Below are positions 52,090-60,503 of a DNA stretch of 64,000 nucleotides, piece by piece. A program made the translations under genes and the position numbers. Source of the DNA: Tenericutes bacterium ADurb.Bin087 (GTDB lineage: Bacteria > Bacillota_I > Bacilli_A > RFN20 > CAG-826); the NCBI GenBank assembly GCA_002070905.1, contig MWEF01000004.1:8190-72189 (forward strand), given 5' to 3'. The notes beneath the pieces are model-generated. The model did no database searches. It was not told the DNA's origin and saw only the letters and a program-made list of their open reading frames with translations. Position 1 is the stretch's first letter. Every line of letters begins with the position of its first letter.

Positions 52090-52923
52090 ATGAAAAAACG
52101 AAGATTTTTACTGATTCCACTGCTTTTAGGATTGCTGTTAACTGGATGTTTTGGTGGCGATGATTCTGAAGATATTGATGGTGGTGATGAAAGCAGTCAA
52201 AAAACTACTAACGATGTAGCGGAAGAAGATATTCTTGAGAACATGGATTATGAAAAAAGAGAAGGCTGGCCAACTCAACAACTCGCTAGTTTCTTATCAA
52301 GTGAAAGAGTGAATGAAACCGTTCCAGCCTTAACAAATATCGAAAATACTTATTATCATGAAAATAATGACGCTAATAATAAGTACTTCAGTATTGTTAT
52401 CCCCGGTTCTGATCGCGAAGCAGATTATAAAGCAATACTTGAAGGAGCTGGCTACACTTATAATAAAGTTGGTTGGACACATATTGCGGTAAATAGTGAA
52501 GAAACAATTAATATTGCCTTCCAGTACATGCAAGATCACCCAGTTCTTGATTACGCTATGTTAATTGTTGTTACGGCGCTTAAAGCTAATTCATTTCGCT
52601 TTGATAAGCTTGAAAATGATATAGGATGGCCAGACGATCAACTTGAAACTTTCTTAAGTAAATATGGTATTACCGAAACAGTTCCTAGTCTTACTGGTGG
52701 TACCTTTTTCGCGGAATTAACCGAGCGCAATGAATTTATTGTTTGTGCACCTGGTGTTGATTTTGCTGATAACTATTTAGGTAGTCTTGAAAATGAAGGC
52801 TATACTGTAACTGATTCAAATGCTATTAGTGCCTCAGGCAAGGTGCGAATTAATGTGACCGCTAACGATTATCCGTTCTTCTTTTTTGATGCGACAAAAA
52901 TTGTGATAAAACCTGTGGTCTAA
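52090..52923 (+). CDS. Lipoprotein of unknown function with an internal duplication
   Basis: AAGGAG RBS. Lipobox LLLTGC. The two halves align: GWPTQQLASFLSSERVNETVPALT...AILEGAGYTY versus GWPDDQLETFLSKYGITETVPSLT...GSLENEGYTV. Confidence 0.7.
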   Translation: MKKRRFLLIPLLLGLLLTGCFGGDDSEDIDGGDESSQKTTNDVAEEDILENMDYEKREGWPTQQLASFLSSERVNETVPALTNIENTYYHENNDANNKYFSIVIPGSDREADYKAILEGAGYTYNKVGWTHIAVNSEETINIAFQYMQDHPVLDYAMLIVVTALKANSFRFDKLENDIGWPDDQLETFLSKYGITETVPSLTGGTFFAELTERNEFIVCAPGVDFADNYLGSLENEGYTVTDSNAISASGKVRINVTANDYPFFFFDATKIVIKPVV

Positions 52924-52942
52924 AACTAAAGTTATTCTTATT

Positions 52943-52977
52943 AAAAAGCGACCGTTATCGACTAGCGGTCGTTTTTT
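52943..52977. terminator. Bidirectional intrinsic terminator
   Basis: AAAAAG-CGACCG-11 nt-CGGTCG-TTTTTT, between convergent genes. Confidence 0.75.
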
Positions 52978-52993
52978 ATATTTTATTATTTTA

Positions 52994-53821
52994 CTACTCT
53001 AGACTAACTTGTCCAATTAGCCCGTTTTTAAATTCATTTAAGATTAATATTTCGGTGCGGTCACTAACATCAAAGTCTTCACCAATGATTCCACGTCTAG
53101 TAGCAATAGCATTAATTACAGTATGATAATTACTATCTTCTTTAATATCAATATCGTAAAAAGTTACCATTTCTTCAAAGTAATGTGTTTTTAAATAATT
53201 AACTAAATACTCTGCCATCGTATGTGTTGGTAAAATTTCTTGTCTAATTGTACCAATGAGCGCGAGTTTCATGCTCGTGTCTTCTTCATCATAATTAGGT
53301 GCTAAAATTCCCGGCGTATCAATCAGCGCAATTTCTTCACTCACTCTAATATACTGATTAGCGCGAGTATGCCCTGGTTTATTTTGCACACTTGCGGCTT
53401 TTCGCCCCGCTAGTTTATTAATAAGCGTTGATTTACCAACATTAGGAATACCGACAATCATCACCGCTAAAGGTCGTGGTTTTAATCCTCGGCGGACATC
53501 GCGGTCAATTATTGGTTGCCCAATTTCTTTAATTTTCTCTAGTATTTGACGCACAAATTTTCGTTCATTTAAATTGCCCGCTAAAACATTTAATTTTTCT
53601 GTATGTTTACTCACTCTTTTTGGATCAGCTAAGTCAGCTTTAGTTAATACATAGAGATTAGGTTTTCGTTCAATAATTGAAGTTAAGTACGTGGCGCGGC
53701 TACTATGCGGAATTCTGGCATCGCCTAGTTCCACAATAATATCGACCATCTTTAGTGTTTCAAGCAGTTTACGTGTCGCCTTTTGCATGTGGCCTGGGAA
53801 CCAACCGATTTGTTTACTCAT
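52994..53821 (-). CDS. rbgA: Ribosome biogenesis GTPase A (YlqF/RbgA), circularly permuted GTPase
   Basis: Start at 53821 (TAATG overlap with the lepB stop). Motifs WFPGHMQKA, DARIP, LTKADL and GIPNVGKSTLINKL. Confidence 0.93.
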   Translation of the reverse strand: MSKQIGWFPGHMQKATRKLLETLKMVDIIVELGDARIPHSSRATYLTSIIERKPNLYVLTKADLADPKRVSKHTEKLNVLAGNLNERKFVRQILEKIKEIGQPIIDRDVRRGLKPRPLAVMIVGIPNVGKSTLINKLAGRKAASVQNKPGHTRANQYIRVSEEIALIDTPGILAPNYDEEDTSMKLALIGTIRQEILPTHTMAEYLVNYLKTHYFEEMVTFYDIDIKEDSNYHTVINAIATRRGIIGEDFDVSDRTEILILNEFKNGLIGQVSLE

Positions 53822-54552
53822 TAGTAGTACCGCCATTTCCACAGCACATAATAATGCTGACCAATAAATTTAACTTTACCTGTTTCACTAATTTGCACAC
53901 TTTCAGTATAACCTTGAATTACCACCAATTTGCCGCTGATATTGTCAAAATGAACAGGTCCAATCGCCCGTGAATCACTTGAATTTGCGCGGTTATCACC
54001 CATTAAATAATAGGAATTTTCTTCTAATGTTAATGGATCTTTAAGTCCGTTTTCATATTTTGGCGTACTATCATTTAAATATGTTGCGGTTGTATAACGA
54101 TTACTTGTTGATAAGTAAGGCTCATCAAGTTTAAAATTCTCCGTTGCTTCAGGTAGTGTAATATAAACTTCGTCCCCTGTTGGATTATCTATAATTTGAA
54201 TTGTTTCTAGTGGTAAAGCAATGACACGTTTAATAATATTGATGCTATTACGACGAAATACAACGATATCACCGCGTTTAATATTGTTCCGCGCTTTTGG
54301 TCTTTCATCCATTAAACCAAACTCAAAATAGCGTTGATGAAAGTCATTTAGTGTTGGTTGCATACTTGGCCCGTCAACATAAACTGGCGTGTATGTTAAA
54401 TCAACATAAGTCACAAAAATAGAAACGACGATTGCAACGACTAGTAAAATGGTCCACGCTACACTAAGTGCTCTCCGTAGTCGCGGCTTATTTTTACGAT
54501 TTATTTCTTCAGCAGTTATTTCTTCGTTAACAAGTATTTCTTCTTTGACCAT
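53821..54552 (-). CDS. lepB: Signal peptidase I
   Basis: Motifs DGPSMQPTL (catalytic Ser), IIKRVIALP (Lys box) and GDNRANSSDSR. I chose the ATG at 54552; the alternatives at 54579 and 54582 also lack an RBS. Confidence 0.9.
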   Translation of the reverse strand: MVKEEILVNEEITAEEINRKNKPRLRRALSVAWTILLVVAIVVSIFVTYVDLTYTPVYVDGPSMQPTLNDFHQRYFEFGLMDERPKARNNIKRGDIVVFRRNSINIIKRVIALPLETIQIIDNPTGDEVYITLPEATENFKLDEPYLSTSNRYTTATYLNDSTPKYENGLKDPLTLEENSYYLMGDNRANSSDSRAIGPVHFDNISGKLVVIQGYTESVQISETGKVKFIGQHYYVLWKWRYY

Positions 54553-54558
54553 ACAATT

Positions 54559-54590
54559 ATTATATAACGAAATGTACATCAAATGTACAT
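54559..54590 (-). promoter_or_regulatory. lepB promoter region: a TATAAT box 6 nt from the ATG, plus two tandem ATGTACAT palindromes
   Basis: Minus strand reads AAATGTACATTTGATGTACATTTCGTTATATAATAATTGT-ATG. The palindrome ATGTACAT occurs at 54572-54579 and 54583-54590, an 11-bp period. Confidence 0.4.
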
Positions 54591-54629
54591 TTTGCTACTT
54601 ATTTCCGCTCATAATACGTAATTTAGTGT

Positions 54630-54653
54630 GAAAAAAAGCCAGTTTCCTGGCTT
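54630..54653 (-). terminator. Intrinsic terminator after rplS
   Basis: Minus strand reads AGCCAG-GAAA-CTGGCT followed by TTTTTTT. Confidence 0.8.
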
Positions 54654-54674
54654 TCATTCTTGCGTCGTTGTAAC

Positions 54675-55028
54675 TTATTTCTTCTCTTTAATCCGGGCTT
54701 TACGACCAGATAATTTACGAATGTAGTAAATTTTGTTCCGACGGACATGCCCACGACGGAGTACTTCAATACTATCAATGACTGGTGAATGGGTGAAGAA
54801 AACACGCTCAACACCAATACCACTTGACATCTTGCGGACTGTGAATGTGTGGTTAACGCCTGCCCCTTGCATAGCAATGACCACGCCTTCAAAAAATTGA
54901 ATCCGTTCTTTATCGCCTTCACGAATTTTAACAGCGATTTTAACAGTATCACCACTAGTGAATTCGGGAAGATCGGTACGAAGTTGAGAAGCGTTAATTT
55001 CATTAACTAAATTTTTATTCATGAACAA
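54675..55028 (-). CDS. rplS: 50S ribosomal protein L19
   Basis: 117 aa with [30 protein letters not shown] and [14 protein letters not shown]. Confidence 0.97.
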   Translation of the reverse strand: MFMNKNLVNEINASQLRTDLPEFTSGDTVKIAVKIREGDKERIQFFEGVVIAMQGAGVNHTFTVRKMSSGIGVERVFFTHSPVIDSIEVLRRGHVRRNKIYYIRKLSGRKARIKEKK

Positions 55029-55131
55029 CTCGCTCCTTCCTGCAATATTTTTTTCGTGTTCTTACCTTTTGGCAGCGGACCACAGCGACTTTGCGCTCCA
55101 TTAATATACCAAAAGACTACTCTTATGTAAA
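55029..55131 (-). promoter_or_regulatory. rplS promoter plus a ~68-nt leader (candidate L19 autoregulatory leader)
   Basis: Minus strand reads TTTACA-17 nt-TGgTATATT (55103-55131). The leader is AAUGGAGCGCAAAGUCGCUGUGGUCCGCUGCC...GGAAGGAGCGAG. GGAGCG occurs once near the 5' end and once at the RBS. The match to the Rfam L19 leader is unverified. Confidence 0.35.
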
Positions 55132-55151
55132 GAGTAATCACTAAAATAATT

Positions 55152-55181
55152 TAAAAAGCCCACTCGTTCTTAAAGTGGGCT
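55152..55181 (-). terminator. Intrinsic terminator after the NCS2 permease gene
   Basis: Minus strand reads GCCCACT-9 nt-AGTGGGC followed by TTTTTAAATTATTTT. Confidence 0.75.
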
Positions 55182-55204
55182 CTAACTATTCATTAAACTA
55201 CTGT

Positions 55205-56611
55205 TTAAACAAAAGCTTTAAGGATAAAGTAGATAACAAAGACACCTGCCACTACATACATTGGTATTTTTACTTCCTTACCGCGTCTACTGACTAGCAT
55301 CATAATGACGTACACAATAAGCCCTAACCCTAACCCATCACTAATTGAATAAGTAAGTAAAATAAGCATAATCGTAAAGAAAGCGGTAAAACCAATAATG
55401 CGGTCTTCAAAATTCACATCTTTTAAGTTGCCAACAAAGATTAAGCCGCCAACGGTGATAAGCGCCATGCTTGTCACTGCTGGTTCGGTAAAGATATAAA
55501 AGATTGGATAAATAAAAGCACTAAGTAAGAACATAAAGCCAGCAACAACTGCCGCTAACCCAGTTTTAGCCCCCATTTCAACAGCAATCCCGCTTTCGGA
55601 AAAGGAAGTTACAGTACTTGTCCCAAGTGGCGCGCAAATAACCGCACCAAAAGCATCAGCGGCCACTACTTTATGGCCACCAACCATTTTACCGTCAGCA
55701 TCAATAATTCCCGCACCACGGCCAATTGCTAAAATTGTTGCCGTCGTATCAAAGAGATTAACGAGTATAAGTGAAAAGATAAAAGCGTATGTTGACGGAT
55801 TACTTAAAGCTGTGCCCCATGTTTCTTTATCAAAAATCTTGAAGACGACTTTTTCAAAGCCTTGGCCACCCCATGAAGCAGGGTCAGTAAACATATTTTT
55901 AATGTTTGTAAAATGGAAGGCAATGGGACGTCCAGTTTCAGTTACTTCAGGTAACGAAAAAATATTCCACACTGCCACAGAAACAACAACAACAATCACC
56001 ATCGCAATTGGGATTGCGAGCTGATTTAAGCGTTTATTGCGGGAAAACATGAAGATAACAACAAGTAAAACACCAAATAAAGATAATAACACCATTGGAT
56101 TGCGTAAGTTTCCAAGTGACACTAAAGTTGCGGGACTAGCAACAATAAAACCACTGCTTTTAAAGCCGACAAAAGCAATAAAAGCACCTAGTCCTGCACT
56201 AATAATATATTTGATGTCATTAGGAATTGCATCAATCATCATCTTGCGTAATGGGGAAAGACTAATCGCGGCAAAAACGATACCCGCAAAGAACATCACT
56301 AGTAAGGCGGCTTGCCAAGAACCTAAAGCACCATAAACCACGTAAGCTAAGTAAGCGTTAACCCCCATCCCTGCACTTAGGACGATTGGAAAATTACCAT
56401 AAAGCCCCATCACAAGACTAACAATCGCACTAACGATTGCAGTGGCAACAAAGACCCCGCTCGCGTCCATACCCATGTCACTTAAGATACCAGCGTTTGT
56501 TGGGAGAATATAAATCATCGCTAAAAAGGTGACTAATCCTCCTAAAATTTCACTTGTTAAGTTTGCTTTTCTTGCTTCAAACTTGAACAGCTTATTTAGT
56601 AGATTTTTCAT
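55205..56611 (-). CDS. NCS2/AzgA-type purine (guanine/hypoxanthine/adenine) permease
   Basis: 468 aa, polytopic. The N-terminus FKFEARKANLTSEILGGLVTFLAMIYILPTNAGILS is typical of the PbuG/PbuO/AzgA family. Confidence 0.85.
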   Translation of the reverse strand: MKNLLNKLFKFEARKANLTSEILGGLVTFLAMIYILPTNAGILSDMGMDASGVFVATAIVSAIVSLVMGLYGNFPIVLSAGMGVNAYLAYVVYGALGSWQAALLVMFFAGIVFAAISLSPLRKMMIDAIPNDIKYIISAGLGAFIAFVGFKSSGFIVASPATLVSLGNLRNPMVLLSLFGVLLVVIFMFSRNKRLNQLAIPIAMVIVVVVSVAVWNIFSLPEVTETGRPIAFHFTNIKNMFTDPASWGGQGFEKVVFKIFDKETWGTALSNPSTYAFIFSLILVNLFDTTATILAIGRGAGIIDADGKMVGGHKVVAADAFGAVICAPLGTSTVTSFSESGIAVEMGAKTGLAAVVAGFMFLLSAFIYPIFYIFTEPAVTSMALITVGGLIFVGNLKDVNFEDRIIGFTAFFTIMLILLTYSISDGLGLGLIVYVIMMLVSRRGKEVKIPMYVVAGVFVIYFILKAFV

Positions 56612-56764
56612 AAATCACTCCTTGTTTTTCATTATTACTATTTTAGTCAATTTTAACAAAAATAAAAGCCATACATAATAATTTAACTGATGTTAAGTAA
56701 AATTGCTTGACTATATAATTAGATGCGCTAAACTTATGACGATATCAAAAGGAGGATTATTTAT

Positions 56765-57040
56765 ATGGCAGTTAAAATTAGATTAACACGTGTTGGCCGC
56801 ACTCATGATCCACACTACCGGATTGTTGCCGCTGATAGTCGTTATGCCCGTGATGGCCGCATTATTGAACAAATTGGACATTATGATCCAAAACAAGACT
56901 TCAAAGCCGCCATTATCGATCGTGAATTAGCGCTTAAATGGTTAGGAAATGGGGCGCAACCAAGCGCAACCGTTAAAGCTTTATTTCGTGCACAAGGCAT
57001 TAACGAAGAATTTTTAAAATCCAAAAAGTCAGGTAAATAA
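56765..57040 (+). CDS. rpsP: 30S ribosomal protein S16
   Basis: [26 protein letters not shown], with an AAGGAGG RBS. Confidence 0.97.
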   Translation: MAVKIRLTRVGRTHDPHYRIVAADSRYARDGRIIEQIGHYDPKQDFKAAIIDRELALKWLGNGAQPSATVKALFRAQGINEEFLKSKKSGK

Positions 57041-57042
57041 TT

Positions 57043-57297
57043 ATGCGTGACTATGAAGCATTAGTGCGCACGATTATTTCCCCATTAGTGAAAAACGAAC
57101 AAGCCTTGCTTATTCGTCAAACTAACGAAGGCAATCGTATCATTGTTAACATTTTTGCGGAAAGTGATGACATTGCTGTCTTAATTGGGCGGCGCGGTGT
57201 TATCGCTAATGCCTTACGTGAAGTGGTGTCTGTTGCCGGTAAACTTGACGAAGAGCATGTCTTCTTACGTTTTGAAGCACTAGACGAAAATAAATAA
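57043..57297 (+). CDS. KH-domain RNA-binding protein (YlqC family)
   Basis: 84 aa with a GxxG loop (LIGRRGVIANALREV). Conserved position between rpsP and rimM. Confidence 0.88.
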   Translation: MRDYEALVRTIISPLVKNEQALLIRQTNEGNRIIVNIFAESDDIAVLIGRRGVIANALREVVSVAGKLDEEHVFLRFEALDENK

Positions 57298-57319
57298 CTC
57301 TCACTCGAGAGTTTTTTTA
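57296..57319 (+). terminator. Hairpin plus T-run between the KH gene and rimM (terminator/attenuator)
   Basis: AACTCTC-ACTC-GAGAGTT followed by TTTTT. Confidence 0.55.
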
Positions 57320-57337
57320 AATTGATATAATGAAATT

Positions 57338-57853
57338 ATGAACAGAGATTATTTAAAAATTGGTTATATTGTTGAAACACATGCACTAAAGGGTGCACTT
57401 AAAATTAAACCCACGACTTCTTTTATTGGAGAACGTTTTGAAGTTGGTAATAAAGTATTAGTGAAGAATAATACTACTTCTAACATCGAAACATTAACAA
57501 TTCAGAGTGTTCGTGAACAAAAAGGATTATTAATTGTTAGCTTTGCAGAAATTGATGACATAAGCATTGCAGAAAATTATTTAAAGGGATTTTTGTTCAT
57601 CAATAAAAAAGGTGTCACCCTTGAAGAAGGTTACTTTTTCTTTGATGACCTTTTAGGAATGAAAGTTATTTTAGAAGATAAAACGCTTATCGGCAAAGTT
57701 ATTGAAATACTTGAATACGCTGCTTATCACACATTAAGAGTAGAAAGGGAAGACGGTAGTAATATTCTAATTCCGTATATCGAAGAATTCATCATTTCCA
57801 CTGATTTAGCGAGCAAAACAATAGTATTTCGGCCAATTGAGGGTATGTTATGA
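57338..57853 (+). CDS. rimM: 16S rRNA processing protein RimM
   Basis: 171 aa with IGYIVETHALKGALKI (N-terminal beta-barrel) and a PRC-barrel-like C-terminus. ATGA overlap with trmD. Confidence 0.92.
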   Translation: MNRDYLKIGYIVETHALKGALKIKPTTSFIGERFEVGNKVLVKNNTTSNIETLTIQSVREQKGLLIVSFAEIDDISIAENYLKGFLFINKKGVTLEEGYFFFDDLLGMKVILEDKTLIGKVIEILEYAAYHTLRVEREDGSNILIPYIEEFIISTDLASKTIVFRPIEGML

Positions 57854-58623
57854 AGATTACAATATTAACATTATTTCCCGAAATGTTTACGAATTTTCTT
57901 GAAACATCAATTATCAAAAAAGCTAGACTTCAAGGCCATGTAACTTTTGATATTATTAATATTCGTGACTTCGCGGATAATAAATGGAATCGGGTTGATA
58001 CTCCACCTGTTGGTGGCGGAGCAGGGATGATTCTCCAAGCTGAACCAATTGTGAAAGCACTCGAAAGTGTTGACCCTGGTCATAAAATGCTCCTATCCCC
58101 ACGCGGCAATGTACTCACTAATATGAAAGCAACAGCGCTTAGCCAAAAAGAACATTTAATCTTTGTCTGTGGCCATTACGAAGGTATTGATGAAAGAGTA
58201 AATCACTTCATCGATGAAGAAATATCAATCGGGGATTATATCTTAACGGGCGGTGAACTTGGGGCGATGGTCATTAGTGACGCTGTTATTCGCTTACTTG
58301 ATGAAGTAATTAGCACCGAAAGTTTAGATGTTGAAAGCTTTGATTATCATTTACTTGAATATCCGCAATATACAGAACCATATGACTTTAGAGGTTATAC
58401 TGTTCCCACTATTTTGTATTCTGGTAATCACGCGGCGATTCGTAAATGGAGACTAAAAGAAAGCTTACGCATCACCCGCGAAAGACGCCCTGATTTATTT
58501 AAAAAGATTACAAAAGATAACGAAATTAAAAAACTGCTTAAAGAAATTGATGACGATGTTATTGGTGAATGGGAAAAAGACGCTATTGAAAAAGGATCAC
58601 GCTTCACGAAAAACAAAACTTAG
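57850..58623 (+). CDS. trmD: tRNA (m1G37) methyltransferase TrmD
   Basis: Motifs ILTLFPEMF, VDTPPVGGGAGM, CGHYEGIDERV and GDYILTGGE. Confidence 0.96.
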   Translation: MKITILTLFPEMFTNFLETSIIKKARLQGHVTFDIINIRDFADNKWNRVDTPPVGGGAGMILQAEPIVKALESVDPGHKMLLSPRGNVLTNMKATALSQKEHLIFVCGHYEGIDERVNHFIDEEISIGDYILTGGELGAMVISDAVIRLLDEVISTESLDVESFDYHLLEYPQYTEPYDFRGYTVPTILYSGNHAAIRKWRLKESLRITRERRPDLFKKITKDNEIKKLLKEIDDDVIGEWEKDAIEKGSRFTKNKT

Positions 58624-58832
58624 TAAAAAAGAAAACTTTATAAAAGAGATAATTTATAAATTTACAAAATAGGTATTAATACTTTTGAAAAACACGGAAT
58701 AAAACCTCTGAAAAATCCGGAATAAATGCCTGTAATAAATTTGCAGTAAAATAGCGGTAAAAAATATAGGTTTTCGTCCCACTATTTTTTTCTTTAATCA
58801 AAAGTTAATTGTCTAAACGATTATTTATTTAA

Positions 58833-59039
58833 TTATGTAAACTATGGCAACACATGCTAGCAAATTATAAAAATTAGGAATCAAACGATGTCTTTCGTAA
58901 CTCTATGAGATGGAAGGATACTATTGAGTTTTTAGGTTTATGGGAGACGCTTAATAATACTAGTTTTAACCCCGTCGAATTCGATGGGTTTAGAAGAAAG
59001 GTAGGAAGTAATGCCTTTGCTTCATCTCCTAAAAAATAG
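58833..59039 (+). pseudogene. KilA-N-domain gene remnant (in-frame TAG, truncated at both ends)
   Basis: The frame reads LCKLWQHMLANYKN*ESNDVFRNSMRWKDTIEFLGLWETLNNTSFNPVEFDGFRRKVGSNAFASSPKK*. It matches the recalled KilA-N block ...DVIKNWLRNRSTLEFLGxWExxxNPNFKxVEFDxFKxEAGxNxFxLSP... No start codon. Confidence 0.55.
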
Positions 59040-59089
59040 ATAATATGATTGATAGTAAAAAGGTTTACGGAAAAGTTTACGATTATCTA

Positions 59090-59118
59090 TTTACAAGGTT
59101 GACGTTAAGGTTTATAAT
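59090..59118 (+). promoter_or_regulatory. Promoter of the fic gene with leaderless geometry
   Basis: TTTACA-17 nt-TATAAT, then 6 nt (ATAGCC), then the ATG at 59125. No Shine-Dalgarno. Confidence 0.55.
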
Positions 59119-59124
59119 ATAGCC

Positions 59125-60390
59125 ATGAACAAAGAAAAACTACATGCAATTTTAGCAAAGCAATTTAATGAAAAATACTATACCGCGCAAGAGTTACAAT
59201 ATGGTAATGAAGCTGGTACTTATATTTCACCATTTGAATATAAGCAATTAATTGAATATAAAGAATCGATAGCCTCATTAGAGGACGGACTAATTTCTTT
59301 ATTACCGCTACCAGCGTTTAATTCTAAGTGTTTATATTACTGTTTCGGGAATGATTTAAAGACATTATTAAATGACTTTATTTTCCTAGCCAATGAAGTT
59401 CAAGAATTGTCAAATCGTTTTTCGAGAGACTTTATTGAATCGCGGATCTATTCAGAAATTGAAGGATCATTAAACGTCGAAAATGTACCCACTACGCGCA
59501 AAAGATTAAAAGAACTTTTAGAAAATAATGCACCAGTTAAAGATAAAAATGACATCATCATCAAAAATATGAAGGCCGGTATTGATTTTGTACACGAATT
59601 AAGAGAATTTAATAAAGAGAATTTGTTTAAACTTTACACTTTATTAAGTAAAAACACTTTAGATGAAGAAGATAAATTACGGCCTGGCGATTATTACCGT
59701 CATGACTCCGTCGAAATATCGCGCTATCATGGGTGTCCCTATGAGCAAATCGAGCCATCGATGAATGCTTTATTTACTTATGTTAATGAGACACTAAATA
59801 GTAAAGATAAAAATAATGTCTTTTTGTTACCGCATTTTTGCCATTATTACATCCTTTATATTCACCCTTATTTTGATTATAATGGGCGCACAGCACGGAT
59901 GGTCTCATACTGGGTATATTTATTAAGTGGCGCTAATCTTTTTCCCCCTATTATTTCTGAAGCAATTAATCAAACTAAAAGTGAATACTACAGAGCAATT
60001 GAATTAACTCGAGATTCACATAACGATTTGACTTACTTTTTAAAATATCTTCTTAGTATTTCGCTTGACTATATTATTTGCTATCAGAATTTAAAACATA
60101 TAACGCAAGTAACTAAAAACACTGGTAATATTCTTACATCAACTGAGCTTAACTATATTAAAAAAATCTTAATTTCTTATAAAGGTGTCTTTACACACGC
60201 TGATTTTTTAAAGATGATCAATGTCTCGATGACAAAACAAGGTGCGCTTAAAACTTTAAATAAATTTATTGATTATGGTGTTTTAAAAGAAGTTAAATCA
60301 TCATCTAAAACTAAACTATTCGATATCAATAAGAAAAACATTCCGTTTGCGCTAAAAAACTTCGGGTATAAAGGTAATTATTTTTTCTAA
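59125..60390 (+). CDS. fic: Fic/DOC-family protein with a variant active-site motif and a C-terminal wHTH-like domain
   Basis: The Fic core HPYFDYNGRTAR compares with the canonical HxFx(D/E)GNGRxxR. An upstream Fic_N-like YSEIEGSLNVEN is present. 421 aa. Confidence 0.8.
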   Translation: MNKEKLHAILAKQFNEKYYTAQELQYGNEAGTYISPFEYKQLIEYKESIASLEDGLISLLPLPAFNSKCLYYCFGNDLKTLLNDFIFLANEVQELSNRFSRDFIESRIYSEIEGSLNVENVPTTRKRLKELLENNAPVKDKNDIIIKNMKAGIDFVHELREFNKENLFKLYTLLSKNTLDEEDKLRPGDYYRHDSVEISRYHGCPYEQIEPSMNALFTYVNETLNSKDKNNVFLLPHFCHYYILYIHPYFDYNGRTARMVSYWVYLLSGANLFPPIISEAINQTKSEYYRAIELTRDSHNDLTYFLKYLLSISLDYIICYQNLKHITQVTKNTGNILTSTELNYIKKILISYKGVFTHADFLKMINVSMTKQGALKTLNKFIDYGVLKEVKSSSKTKLFDINKKNIPFALKNFGYKGNYFF

Positions 60391-60503
60391 ATCGTCATCG
60401 ATATTAATAAGCATTTTTATATTTACGCATAATACGTATTATTCAGTTAAGCTTTTTTTATTAGTGGCGCGTATTAATCTCATTATAAATAACATTAATT
60501 AAA

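Noticed and set aside
54623-55003. A 126-aa minus-strand ORF overlapping rplS.
   Set aside because: It is an alternative frame of the well-conserved L19 gene and runs through the rplS terminator. It has no independent support.
56612-56764. A possible purine riboswitch upstream of the NCS2 purine permease.
   Set aside because: Only ~150 bp is shared with the divergent rpsP promoter. I could not find the conserved purine-riboswitch junction sequences or a three-way junction, and the RBS follows shortly after candidate promoter hexamers.
58696-58733. An imperfect direct repeat, GGAATAAAACCTCTG and GGAATAAATGCCTGT, 23 nt apart downstream of trmD.
   Set aside because: It is a short, imperfect single pair in decayed DNA. 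I could assign no structure or coding meaning.
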